Of a DNA stretch of 64,000 bases, positions 30,601 to 46,240 are shown in pieces; positions within the stretch are counted from its first letter, which is position 1, and every line of letters begins with the position of its first letter. The notes beneath the pieces were generated by a model. It worked only from the letters and a program-made list of their open reading frames with translations, did not search any database and had not been told where the DNA came from. Source of the DNA: the human T2T-CHM13v2.0 reference genome, Homo sapiens; NCBI RefSeq assembly GCF_009914755.1, contig NC_060944.1, one strand, 5' to 3'. Position numbers and translations under genes: made by a program.

Positions 30601-31270
30601 GGGAGTGCGCGCCTTGAGTGACTGGCATCAGGACCGGGGAGAGATCGCCCCCTCGCGGTAGATCTGGGGAATCGGGAGGCGCAAAAAATCAACATTTATA
30701 ATCACATTTCCATTTATTCATTCAGTCAGTCAGTCAGTCACTCATCAGTCAATCAGCCTATTTCATCCGTCCGTCAGTTTATATATAGAAGAAGCATCGC
30801 CTTGTGGTTAAGCACTTTGTCTGGATTCTAACTCTGCTAGTTAGGCAAGTTTCTCAACTGCTCTGTGCTTCAATGTCCTCAATTGTAAAATGGGTAATAG
30901 TACCAACCTCTCTCGTTGAGCTATTGTGATGATTAAGAGAGTTATTAATTGTAAACTCCATAGGACAGGCCGGGCGCGGTGGCTCACGCCCGTAATCCCA
31001 GCACTTTGGGAGGCCGAGGCGGGCGGATCACCTGAGGTTAGGAGTTCAAGACCAGCGTGGCCAATGTGGTGAAACCCCGTCTCTACTAAAAATACAAAAA
31101 ATTAGCTGGGCGTGGTGGCGCATGCCTGTAATCCCAGCTACTCGGGAGGCTGAGGCAGCAGACTCGCTTACAGGAGAATCGTTTACAGGCGTGAGCCACC
31201 GCGCCCCGCCAATTTCCTTACACCCTGAACCACACAGTGTGTTATCAAATGTTTTATCCTTGCCAATTAG

Positions 31271-31777
<507 letters not shown>

Positions 31778-32916
31778 TGAGACAGGGTATGTCACCCAGC
31801 CTGCAGTGCAATGGTGTGATCTCAGCTCACAGCAGCCTCGACCTCCCCATCCCAGGTGATCCTCCCACCTCAGCCTCCCCAGTAGTTGTGAATACAGGCT
31901 CGCACCTCCACACCCAGCTAATTTTTGTATTTTTTGTAGAGAATGGAGTTTCCCCATGTTGCCCAGGCTGGTCTCAAACTCCTGGGCTCAAGTGATCTGT
32001 CTATGTCGGCCTCCCAAAGTCCTGGAATTACAGGCATTAGCCACCACACCTGGCTCTGATTTACATTTTTTTTGCTGTTTTTCGAGATGGAGTCTTGCTC
32101 TGTCACCCAAGCTGGAGTGCGGTGGTGCGATCTCGGCTCACTGCAGCCTTCGCCTCCTGGGTTCAAGTGATTCTCCTGCCTCAGCCTCCTGAGTAGCTGG
32201 GATTACAGGCACCTGCCACCACGCCCGGCTAATTTTTGTATTTTTAGTAGAGACGGGGTTTCACCAGTTGGTCAGGCTAGTCTCGAACTCCTGACCTCGT
32301 GATCCGCCCACCTTGGCCTCCCAAAGTGCTGGGATTACAGGTGTGAGCCAGCGCGCCCGGTCTGATTTACATTTTTGAACCTATGGTGCCACAATTATCT
32401 CAATGTGAAAACTATCATTATGGAAGCCTCAGTGTGCTTTGGGAGCCCAGCAGAGGGCAGATAAACTCTGTCCACAGATAGGGGCTTTACTGAACTGGCC
32501 CTCAAAAGAATAGAATTTTGCTTGGGTGAGAAAGGATGTAGGAGCATTTTAAGCAGAAGATATTGCTTGAGCGAAGGCCTGGCAGCCCAGCGTGAGAGCC
32601 CATGGTGTCCTGGAAATAAATTGGGATGGCTGAGGGGAGTGGTGGAGAGGGGATGGAATATAAATGTGTATCCATGCGAGCAGCACATCAAATAGCACCA
32701 GAGGAGCCAGCAAAGATTTTTTTAAACCAGAAAGAACATGAAGAAATTTATATTTTGGAAAGATGGATACATATTTTGGAAAAAGAATTTTGCAAGTCTT
32801 GAAAATGGCTCTCAAATGATCTTTGACTGGAATCTAATTTAAAGAAAATAAGTTACATTTAAATCTAAAGAAAATAAGTTTTCTTTTTTATACTTCTCTA
32901 TGTTGTCTACACATAA

Positions 32917-33174
<258 letters not shown>

Positions 33175-34062
33175 TGATTCTCCTGTCTCACCATGTTGGT
33201 CAGGCTGGTCTCGAACTCCTGACTTTGTGATCCGCCGGCCTCGGCCTCTCAAAGTGCTGGGATTACAGGCGTGAGCCATTGCGTCCAGCTATTATTTTTA
33301 ATTATATAACACTATCTAAAAACATGCTAACTTTGGCCGGGCACAGTGGCTCACGTCTGTAGTACCAACACTTTGGGAGGCCAAGGCGGGTGGATCACGA
33401 GGTCAGGGGTTCAAGACCAGCCTGGCCAACATGGTGAAAGTCCGTCTCTACTACAAATACAAAAATTAGCTAGGCATGGTGGCAGGTGCCTGTAATCCCA
33501 GCTACTCAGGAGGCTGAGGCAGGAGAATCACTTGAACCCAGGAGACAGAGTTTGCAATGAGCTGAGAGCATGCCACCACACTCCAGCCTGGGCAACAGAG
33601 TGAGACTCTGCCTCAAAAAAAAAAGAAGAATCCCAGAAACAGACCAGCCATGGTGGCTCACACCTGTAATCCCACCACTTTGGGAGTCCAAGGCGGAAAG
33701 ATGCTTGAGCCCAGGAGTTCAATACCAGCCTAGGCAATATAGTGAGACCCCCTCTCTACAAAATAAAACAAAAACAAAAACAGAAAAAGAACAATTAGCC
33801 AGGCCTGGTGGCATACACCTGTTGTCCCTAGCAACTGAGTAGATTGAGGCAAAAGAATCGCTTAAGCCTGGGAGGTCAAGGCTACAGTGAGCTGTGATCA
33901 TACCACTGTACTCCAGCCTGGGTGACAGAGTAAGACACCCTCTCAAAAAAAAAAAAAAAGGGAATCTCAGAAACATATTGAATGGAAAAAATGGCAAAAG
34001 AATAATGTAGGAAGATTCTACTTATATACAGTTTAGAAATAGGCAATATACAATTTAGAGTT

Positions 34063-34213
34063 TGTAGCATCTAGCTTCCTCCAAGATGGCACCTAAATAT
34101 CCCTGCCTCTTCGTATTCATGCCTTTGTGTGTTTCCCTCCCACACTGAACCACAGTTGTTCTGTGTGACTAATGACAAATTACAGCGATGGAATGTTTCT
34201 TTCCCTCCCTTCT

Positions 34214-34244
<31 letters not shown>

Positions 34245-35088
34245 TCTTGACAGGGTCTCGCTGTTGCCCAGGCTGTAGTGCAGTGACACAATCACGGCTC
34301 ACTGCAGCCTTGACCTCCCAGGCCCAAGCAATCCTCCCACCTCAGTCTCCCTAGTAGCTGGGACCACAGGCATGTGCCACCACACCCAGCTAATTTTTGT
34401 ATTTTTTTGTAGAGACGGTGTTTCGCCATATTGCCCAAGCTGGGGTTATGTCACTTTCAAGACTTTGTTACGAAAGATTGTGGCTTCAGCTGGGCGCGGT
34501 GGCTCATACCTGTAATCTCAGCACTTTGGGAGGCCGAGGCGGGTGGATCATGAGGTCAGGAGATTGAGACCATCCTGGCTAACATGGTATAACCCCATCT
34601 CTACTAAAAATAAAAAAAACAAAATTAGCTGGGCGTGGTGGTGGGCGCCTGTAGTCCCAGCTACTCAGGAGGCTGAGGCAGGAGAATGGCATGAACTCGG
34701 GAGGTGGAGCTTGCAGTAGGCCGAGATCCCACCACTGCACTCCAGCCTGGGTGACAGAGGGAGACTCCATCTCAAAAAAAAACAAAAAACAAAACAAAAA
34801 CCCCCAAAAGATTGTGGCTTCCGTCTTTGTGTTTGTGGTCTCTCTCTCACTCTGGGGGAAGCCAGCTGCCATGTTGGGAGCAGCCCTATGGAGAGGCCGA
34901 CAGTCATGTGAGGGTCCTCCTGCCCCAGTCAAGCCTTCAGGTGATGACAACCTTATTAGAGACCCTGAACCAGAACCACTCCATTAAGCTGGATTCCTGA
35001 TGCTCAGAAATTGTATGAAATAATACATTATTGTGATTTTAAGCTGCTAAGTTTGGGGGTAATTTGCTCTCCAATAGTAGATAACATA
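34063..35088 (+). mobile_element. MaLR LTR (MLT1F-like) interrupted by two Alus
   Basis: 5' CCTCCAAGATGGC...GTATTCATGCCTTTGTGT...CCCTCCCACACTG and 3' TTTTAAGCTGCTAAGTTTGGGGGTAATTTG...TAGATAAC are typical MLT1 ends. Confidence 0.75.
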
Positions 35089-35270
35089 TATATATATATA
35101 CCTTATATACCTACGTGGTAAGAGAATAACAAACACAAAAGTCATGATAGGCTGGGTGCAGTGGCTCATGCCTGTAATCCCAGCACTTCTGGAGGCCAAG
35201 GCGGGCAGATCACTTGAGGCCAGGAGTTTGAGACCACTCTGGCCAACATGGCAAAACGCCATTTCTACTA

Positions 35271-35459
<189 letters not shown>

Positions 35460-35646
35460 TTAACACGAGAGGGTATTGGATTAACCTAGGGAACAAGATG
35501 AAATTGGAAGCTTCAAAAATAATGATCTCTGTCTGAAACAGAATAGTAGTAAACAATTTAAATAAAAAGGAACAAGGCCGGGTGTGGTGGCTTACACCTG
35601 TAATCCCAGCACTTTGGGAGGCCAAGGCAGATTGATCATAAAGTCA

Positions 35647-36036
<390 letters not shown>

Positions 36037-37191
36037 CTAAAATGCTAATAGTAGAGATAGTGCCACTAAAGGCTACGTTATAGTTATTTTTCTTTATTCT
36101 TTATTATTTTCAGTATTTTTTCATATATATAACATATAGCTTTAGGGGTACAAGTGGTTTTGGGTTACATAGTAGATGAATTATATAGTTGGTGAAGTCT
36201 GGACTTTTAATGTGCCCATCACATAAAGAGTGTACACTGTAATCAATAGGTGATTTTTAATCCCTTACCTTCCGTGTATTTTCCAAATATTAAAATAAGA
36301 AAGCATTACTTTTGGCCTGGCATGGTGGCTCATGCCTGTAATCCTAGCACTTTGGAAGGTCGAGGTGGGCAGATCACTTGAGGTCAGGGGTTCAAAACCA
36401 GCCTGGCCAATATGGTGAAACCCTGTCTTTACTAAAAATACAAAAAATTAGCTGGGTGTGCTAGCGGGCGCTTGTAATCACAGCTACTCAGGAGGCTGAG
36501 GCAGGAGAATCACTTGAACCTGGGAGGCAGAGGTTGCAGTGAGCCAAGATTACACTCTAGCCTGGGTGACAGAAGAGACTTTGTCTCAAAAAAAAAAAAA
36601 AAAACTTTACTTTTTAAATGAGAAATTTGAAAAACATATGAACACACACAGACATTATATGAATATATAAAAATGCGTGTGTGGATAGATATAGATATAT
36701 GAGGTATCTGTATTTGCATTAAAAAGTCTTCGAATCATTCTTTTTTTTTTTTTTTAAATTGAGATAGGGTCTCCCTCTGTTGCCCAGGCTGGAGTATGGT
36801 GGCACAATCATAGTTCACTGCAGCCTCAAACTCCCAGGCTCAAATGATCCTCCCACTTCAGCCTCCTGAGTTGCTGGGACTGCAGGTGTGCACCACCACA
36901 CCCAGCAATTTTTTTTTTTTTAATTTTTATAGAGACGGGGACTCACTATGTTGCGTAGGCTGGTCTCAAACTGCTACCACCAATCTTACATGTGCTTACT
37001 GAAAATAACCCCCTGCGGCTGGGCGCGGTGGCTCACGCCTGTAATCTCAGCACTTTGGGAGGCCGAGGCGGGCAGATCACCTGAGGTCAGGAGTTCAAGA
37101 CCAGCCTGGCCAACATGGTGAAACCCTGTCTCTACTAAAAATACAAAAATTAGCCAGTGTGGTGGTGCATGCTTATAATCCCAGCTACTCA

Positions 37192-37296
<105 letters not shown>

Positions 37297-37619
37297 TTAA
37301 GAAAAAAAAAAAGGGGCGGGCGCGGTGACTTATGCCTGTAATCTCAGCACTTTGAGAGGCTGAGGCAGGTGGATCACGAGGTCAGGAGATCGAGACCATC
37401 CTGGCTAACACAGTGAAACCCCGTCCCTACTAAAAATACAAAAAATTAGCTGGGCGTGGTGGCGGGTGACTGTAGTCCCAGCTACTCAGGAGGCTGAGGC
37501 AGGAGAATGGCATGAACCCGGCAGGCGGAGCTTGCAGTGAGCCAAGATTGCACCACTGCACTCCAGCCTGGGCGACAGAGCGAGACTCCGTCTCAAAAAA
37601 AAAAAAAAAGTTGTTTTGG

Positions 37620-37968
37620 AACAGTCTCTGGAAGAATAGGCAATAGCCTGTCTGGATGTGGTGGTTACTTTTAATCTCCTCTCTGGTGACTAATCTTCCC
37701 TGGTTGTTTGATGAGATTTCTAGGAAGAGAGTTTAAGACAATTGCATTTAATACAATTGGAAGAACTTCCCTCAGTCATATAAGGGAAAGAACTTCCGCA
37801 ACTGCTCCCTCCTGCTCTTTGGAAGGGAATGATGGGGACAGGGAGCAGAAGGTCAGAGGGAGACCTTGTTTCTGAGGCTTATTTCTGAGGCCTTTCAATC
37901 TCCTTTGTTCAAAGCACCCAGCATGCCAAAGCACCATATTTTGGAGCATCATTTTCTGAGCCCCAACA
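37620..37968 (-). mobile_element. ERV1 LTR fragment (MER39/MER31-like)
   Basis: Reverse complement starts TGTTGGGGCTCAGAAAATGATGCTCCAAAATATGGTGCTTTGGCATGCTG. Confidence 0.65.
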
Positions 37969-38368
37969 CTTGGTTGGATGGAAGACTGGAAGAATAAAAA
38001 AAAAAAACAAAAAAAAAACAGTGCCACAGTGCTGACTTTTCTGGGGAACCTTTTTTTTGTTTGTTTTCCGAGACAGGGTATGACTCTGTTGCCCAGGCTA
38101 GAGTGCAGCAGTGTAATCATAGCTCACTGCAGCCTTGACCTCCCGGGTCCAAGCGATCCTGGGGATCCTTTTGACAGCTGTCATCAATTATTTATACCTG
38201 CAACCTTCTCCAGAGGAGTGTCTTTGGGTGATCGAAGTCACCTCGTTTGGAGGTGTCTGGAAGTTAAGTCATCACCCGGAGCCAATGGAGTAGGAAGCCT
38301 CCATGAAGCTGGAAGGCAGGTCCAGATTTCTGGCCTAGTGACCACTAGTTAGATGGTGGAGGGACTAA

Positions 38369-38566
<198 letters not shown>

Positions 38567-39053
38567 TAGGACTATAGGCATGTGCCACCACACCCAGTTA
38601 ATCTCTCACTTTTTCAAAACAGAGTTTGAGAGCTTAAATAACTTTCTACCTCACTGGCTCCTCCTTCTCTCTCCTTTGCAGTTTTACTATTACAAAAAAA
38701 AAAAAAAAGTCTGGGTGTGGTGGCTCATGCCTGTAATCCCAGCATTTTGGGAGGCCGAGGCAGGCGGATCACCTGAGGTTGGGAGTTCGAGACCAGCCTG
38801 ACCAACATGGAGAAACCCCGTCTCTACTAAAAATAGAAAATTAGCCGGGCGTGGTGGTGCATGCCTGTAATCCCAGCTACTCGGGAGGCTGAGGCAGGAG
38901 AATCGCTTTAACTCGGGAGGCGGAGGTTGCAGTAGCCGAGATGGCACCACTGCACACCAGCCTGGGCGACAGAGTGAGACTCCATCTCAAAAATAAATAA
39001 AATAAAATAATTACATAAATAAAAAAGAGTGTTGCTGTGTATTATTTGGGTGA

Positions 39054-39303
<250 letters not shown>

Positions 39304-39818
39304 TGATCCACCCACCTCAGCCTCCTAAAGTGCTGGGATTACAAGCGTGAGCCACCGCACCCAGCTAACATTCTTTTTTTTTTTAATTAAAGACTCAAAT
39401 TATCTATCCTTTCTCTGTATAAATCCAGTTTAACTTCTCCCCTCTGAATTTCCCATTCTTGTTAGTTTGTTATGAATTTTTCCATAACTTTCTCTCTATA
39501 TATATATCCACATAGGAGAGGCAGTCCAAGGCAATGGTTAGGGGATTGGTCTCTGGAGTAGGCCTTCCTGGGCTCAAATCTTGATTTTGTCACCACAAAA
39601 GCTGTATGATCTCAGATAAATTGTCTAATCTTTTTAAGCCTCAATTTCTACAATCTATAAAATGGGTGTGGTAACATTAACTATCTCATAGGGTTATTGT
39701 TAGGATATATGAGTTAATATGTGTAAAATACTTCTAATAGTGGTTAGCATGTGGTAAGTACTAATGGTTACTTATACACACCCATGGGAAAAGTGGAACA
39801 TTATTTTGAGTATTTTAA

Positions 39819-40226
<408 letters not shown>

Positions 40227-41870
40227 TAAACTGCTGCTTAGTGTTCCATTCTGTAGGCAGTTGATTGAAATATTCCTCGATTTGTGAAAATTTAGGTGGT
40301 TTCCAATTTCTTACAACTACATTGCAATGAACTACTAATTGATTTCCTTATTTCCACTCTTGTTCCCTTCCCTCGATGATAACTGAAATTGTGAACAGAG
40401 TGGACCAGATGTGTCTATCCTTCTTTCCAGCCCTGAAATTCTGCTTCAGTGATTCAGACCACATAGTCTCCCATTCACAGAGAACGAGAACTTGAAGCTC
40501 AGCCTAACATAAGCAGGTAAAATGATAGGAGAGGAAACTCTTGGACCAGGCTTACCTCCTGTTCATTTGGAAGGAATTGGGAAGCTCTTGCATACATCCT
40601 GGCCTCCTGGCATTGCCTCATTCATTCATTTATTCATTCAGTCAGTTACCTTCTGCCTAGTAGTCCCCAGACAACAATAGTTCTGATGCTTCTTCCTTCC
40701 TAATATAAGGCAAACTACCTTTACCCCCACCTTGACCCAAGCCTGTCTACTCCATTGTTGGCAGGCACATGCCTGGTTGTTGGGTGATGTGGGTGCTGAA
40801 AGTGGGACAGTCACAGCCCAGGCAGACCCCTGCCCTCCCTTTGCCCCACCATCTATCCAGCTCCTGCCTTTCTCCTTGTATTGCCATCCACACTTCAGGG
40901 CCTCGCGAGCAAATGGTTTTGCATTTATCACCTGCTAATACACTAGATCATTTACTTATTTATCTCATCTGGCATCTGTCTTCTCCCCTAGAATAACAGT
41001 TCCACGAGGACAGGAATTTTGTCTGTCTTTTTACTGTGGTATCCCCACACTTAGTATGGTGACTTGGCACATAGCAGGTGCTCAATAAATGCTGCAGCAA
41101 CTGGGCATTTGTGTGACTGGATGAGTGTTATCTCTTGGAATGAAACCTAGAAATGGAAGTCCTACATCATAGGGCATACTTATTTGACATTTTAATAGTT
41201 GTCAATAGGCTGAGCGCAGTGGCTCACACCTGTAATCTCTGCATTTTGGGAGGCTGAGGCGGGCAGATCACCTGTGGTCAGGAGTTCCAAACCAGCCTGG
41301 CCAACATGGTGAAACCCCGTCTCTACTAAAAACTAAAAAATTAGCTGGGCGTCATAGTGGGTGCCTGTAATCCCAGCTACTCAGGAGGCTGATGCAGGAG
41401 AATCACTTCCCGGAAGGGGGAGGTTCAGTGAGCCGAGATCACGCCATTGCACTCCAGCCTGGGTGAAAGAGCGAAATTTTGTCTCAAAAAAAAAAAAAAT
41501 TAAAAAATTAGCCGGGCATGCTGTGAGGTGCTTGTAATCCCAGCTACTCAGGGAGGCTGAGGCACAAGAATTGTTTGAACCCAGGAGTCAGAAGTTGTAG
41601 TGAGCTGAGATTGTGCCACTACATGCCAGCCTGAGCGACAGACAGAGACTCTGTCTCAAAAAAAAAAAAAATAGTTGTCAATAGTTGTCCACACCCATCT
41701 ATACTCCTACCTGCTGAGTTACCTTACAAATTTCTGATACTATCAAACTTTTAATTTTGGTTAATCTGATGGGTGAAAAATGGAACTTTCTTGTTTCAAT
41801 TTCCTTTATTATAGTGAGGCTGAGCACCTTCATGTGTTTGATGGCCAGTTTTGTTTCTTCTTTTTTTTAG

Positions 41871-42319
<449 letters not shown>

Positions 42320-42831
42320 TGAGCCACTGTGCCAGGCCTATTAAGTTTTGTATTTTTTGTAGAGAAGGGGTTTTGCCATGTTGCCCAGGCTGGTCTCGAA
42401 CTCCTGACCTCAAGTGATCTGCCCCCGCCCCCCACCCCCGGCCTCCTGAAGTGCTGGGATTACAGGCGTGAGCCACTGCGCCTGGCCTACTAAATTCTGA
42501 TATACATGAGTTCTGGATTTTGTTTTTGTTTTTAAAGACAGGACCCAGCTCTGTCGCCCAGGCTGGAGAATCATGGCTCGCTGCAGCCTTGACCTCCCAA
42601 GCTCAAGTGATCCTCATACCTCAGCTTCTTGAGTAGCTGGGACTACAGGTACGCACCACCTCACCTGGCTAATTTTAAAAGTTTTTTGTATCTTGCCATG
42701 TTGTCCAGGCTGATTTCAAACTCCTGGCTCAAGCAATCTTCCCGCCTCTGCTTTCCAAAGTGCTAAGATTACAGGCATGAGCCACCATAACTGGCTGAGT
42801 GTGTTTCTGGACTCTTAAACTCTTCTACTGA

Positions 42832-43113
<282 letters not shown>

Positions 43114-43121
43114 TGAGGTGA

Positions 43122-43421
<300 letters not shown>

Positions 43422-43707
43422 TGATCCACCCGCCTCGGTCTCCCAAAGTGCTGGGATTACAGGCGTGAGCCACCGCGCCAGGCCAAAAATACCTCTTTTT
43501 AGACAAGGTGCCATGGCTCATGCCTGTAATCCCAGCACTGTGGGAGGCTGAGGTGGGAAGATCACTTGAGTCTGGGAGGTTGGGGTTGGAGTGAGCCGTG
43601 ATCCTGCCACTGCACTCCAGCCTGGGTGACAGCAAGACCCTATCTCAAAATAACAAAACAACCACCACAACAACTACCACTCCCCCATCCCTTTGTTTTT
43701 GAGGTAG

Positions 43708-44004
<297 letters not shown>

Positions 44005-44608
44005 TAATTTCATCCCTACCGTATCTATATGTATCTCTACAACACAAGGACTCTTAAAAAAGAAAACAAAAGGTGTGGTGGCTCACACCTGTAGTCCCAG
44101 CACTTGGGAGGGTGAGGCGGGGGCATCACCCGAGGTCAGGTGTTCGAGACTAGCCTGGTCAACATGGTGAAACCCCGTCTCTATCAAAAAATATAAAAAT
44201 TAGCCGGGTGTGGTGGCGCATTTTTAATCCCGGGTACTTGGGAGGCTGAGGCAGGAGAAACCGGGAGGCGGAGGTTGCAGTGAGCTGAGATCACACCGTT
44301 GCACTCCAGCCTGGGCTACAAGAACGAAACTCCGTCTCAAAAAACAAAATGAAACAAAACAACAACAACAAAAAGAAAACAAAACCAAACTCTGGCAGTT
44401 TATGTTTTGAAGGAACTAAATTGTCCTGTGGTTTTCCTGTCTGGATTTTGCCGATTGCACCCCCATGGGTGTGAATTAACTGAACCATACTTTAAAAATT
44501 ACTATAATTTCATGTTAATATGTACAAAATCTGTACATAAATCCCCCAATCTTTTTCAAAATTCAAGATGCCAGTACTTGTACTCTTCCATAGGAACTTT
44601 AGAATTAA

Positions 44609-44947
<339 letters not shown>

Positions 44948-45699
44948 TGAGCTACCGCACCCAGCCTAGGCTTAATTTTTGAATCTTTAGCTTTTGCTGG
45001 TATTATGAAGGGGGTTGTTTTGTTGTTCTTGTTGCTGCTATTTTCTAATTGATTAAAAAAAATTAAGATGGTGGGGGTGGTCTCGTTATGATGTCTACGC
45101 TGTTCTGGAACTCTTGGTCTCAAGGGATCCTTCTGCTTTAGCCTCCTGTGGAGCTGGGATTATAGGTGAGCGCCACGAAGCCCGGCCTCTAATTAATTAT
45201 CGGTGGTGTATAAAAAGAACAGACCTTCTTAATTCGAATCCCATCTTCTCCATTTATTATGTGATTTTGGACATGTTTGTTCAACTTCTCCTAGACTTTG
45301 TTTTCTTTTTACGACATGGGGATCATAAAGCCGGGATGCAGTTGGGAATAAAACCGGATAAAGCTCCCAACGAACCGCGGGTTTCATAAGATCAGGGCAG
45401 GGACTGGGTAAAAGGTTTCAAAGACTCCTGCACTATTGGGAAGGACGCTACGGGCGAGTCTATGTTGCATGCAGGCGACTCCATGTTAAGACGAAGTGAA
45501 CTCCCTGAACCTTCAAGGGATAATGCACAACCATAACGAGAATAATTTTTAAAAATAGAGTTTTCTTCCCTGAAAACTTGGAGAGGTCCAGGATGCGCGC
45601 CATTCTGTGATCTAGGTTGACTCTCCACCTCTTCAGTTGGTACCACCTTTCCCAAATAGTTTGGAGCAGAGCACTCCGGTCTTTGTAATAACGTACTCC

Positions 45700-46240
45700 T
45701 AAGAGCTGTTCCAGTGGACTCACGCAGGCGCAGGAGACTACACTTCCCAGGAACTCCGGGCCGCGTTGTTCGCTGGTACCTCCTTCTGACTTCCGGTATT
45801 GCTGCGGTCTGTAGGGCCAATCGGGAGCCTGGAATTGCTTTCCCGGCGCTCTGATTGGTGCATTCGACTAGGCTGCCTGGGTTCAAAATTTCAGCGATAC
45901 TGAATGAGTCCCGCGGCGGGTTGGCTCGCGCTTCGTTGTCAGATCTGAGGCGAGGCTAGGTGAGCCGTGGGAAGAAAAGAGGGAGCAGCTAGGGCGCGGG
46001 TCTCCCTCCTCCCGGAGTTTGGAACGGCTGAAGTTCACCTTCCAGCCCCTAGCGCCGTTCGCGCCGCTAGGCCTGGCTTCTGAGGCGGTTGCGGTGCTCG
46101 GTCGCCGCCTAGGCGGGGCAGGGTGCGAGCAGGGGCTTCGGGCCACGCTTCTCTTGGCGACAGGATTTTGCTGTGAAGTCCGTCCGGGAAACGGAGGAAA
46201 AAAAGAGTTGCGGGAGGCTGTCGGCTAATAACGGTAACGA
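45700..46240 (+). promoter_or_regulatory. TPX2: TPX2 CpG-island promoter, G2/M type
   Basis: ACTACACTTCCCAG (ZNF143/THAP11-type) 45737-45750, ETS ACTTCCGG 45789-45796, CCAAT 45817-45821, E2F-like TTTCCCGGCG 45839-45848, ATTGG 45854-45858, inverted CHR TTCAAA 45882-45887. Confidence 0.85.
45900..46233 (+). other. TPX2: TPX2 exon 1 (non-coding); TSS approximate, longer forms may start near 45713
   Basis: Matches the recalled TPX2 5' UTR; donor ACG|GTAACG at 46233/46234; TPX2 is the known neighbour of BCL2L1. Confidence 0.85.

Larger units (their letters stand above)
29150..30690. promoter_or_regulatory. BCL2L1: BCL2L1 CpG-island promoter region
   Basis: High GC and CpG density. CCAAT 30254-30258, ATTGG 30302-30306, ETS ACTTCCGG 30559-30566, GC boxes, kB-like GGGACTTCTC 29683-29692. 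Confidence 0.9.

Noticed and set aside
29111-30695. Several overlapping 65-166 aa ORFs in the CpG island
   Set aside because: Stop codons are scarce in GC-rich DNA; the products are Pro/Arg/Gly/Ala-rich with no recognisable homology.
40902-40909. CTCGCGAG palindrome resembling the BANP motif
   Set aside because: Lacks the flanking T and A of TCTCGCGAGA and is outside a CpG island.
45392-45886. 164-aa minus-strand ORF upstream of TPX2
   Set aside because: Non-AUG start inside promoter motifs and no recognisable protein family. It would need divergent transcript and Ribo-seq evidence.
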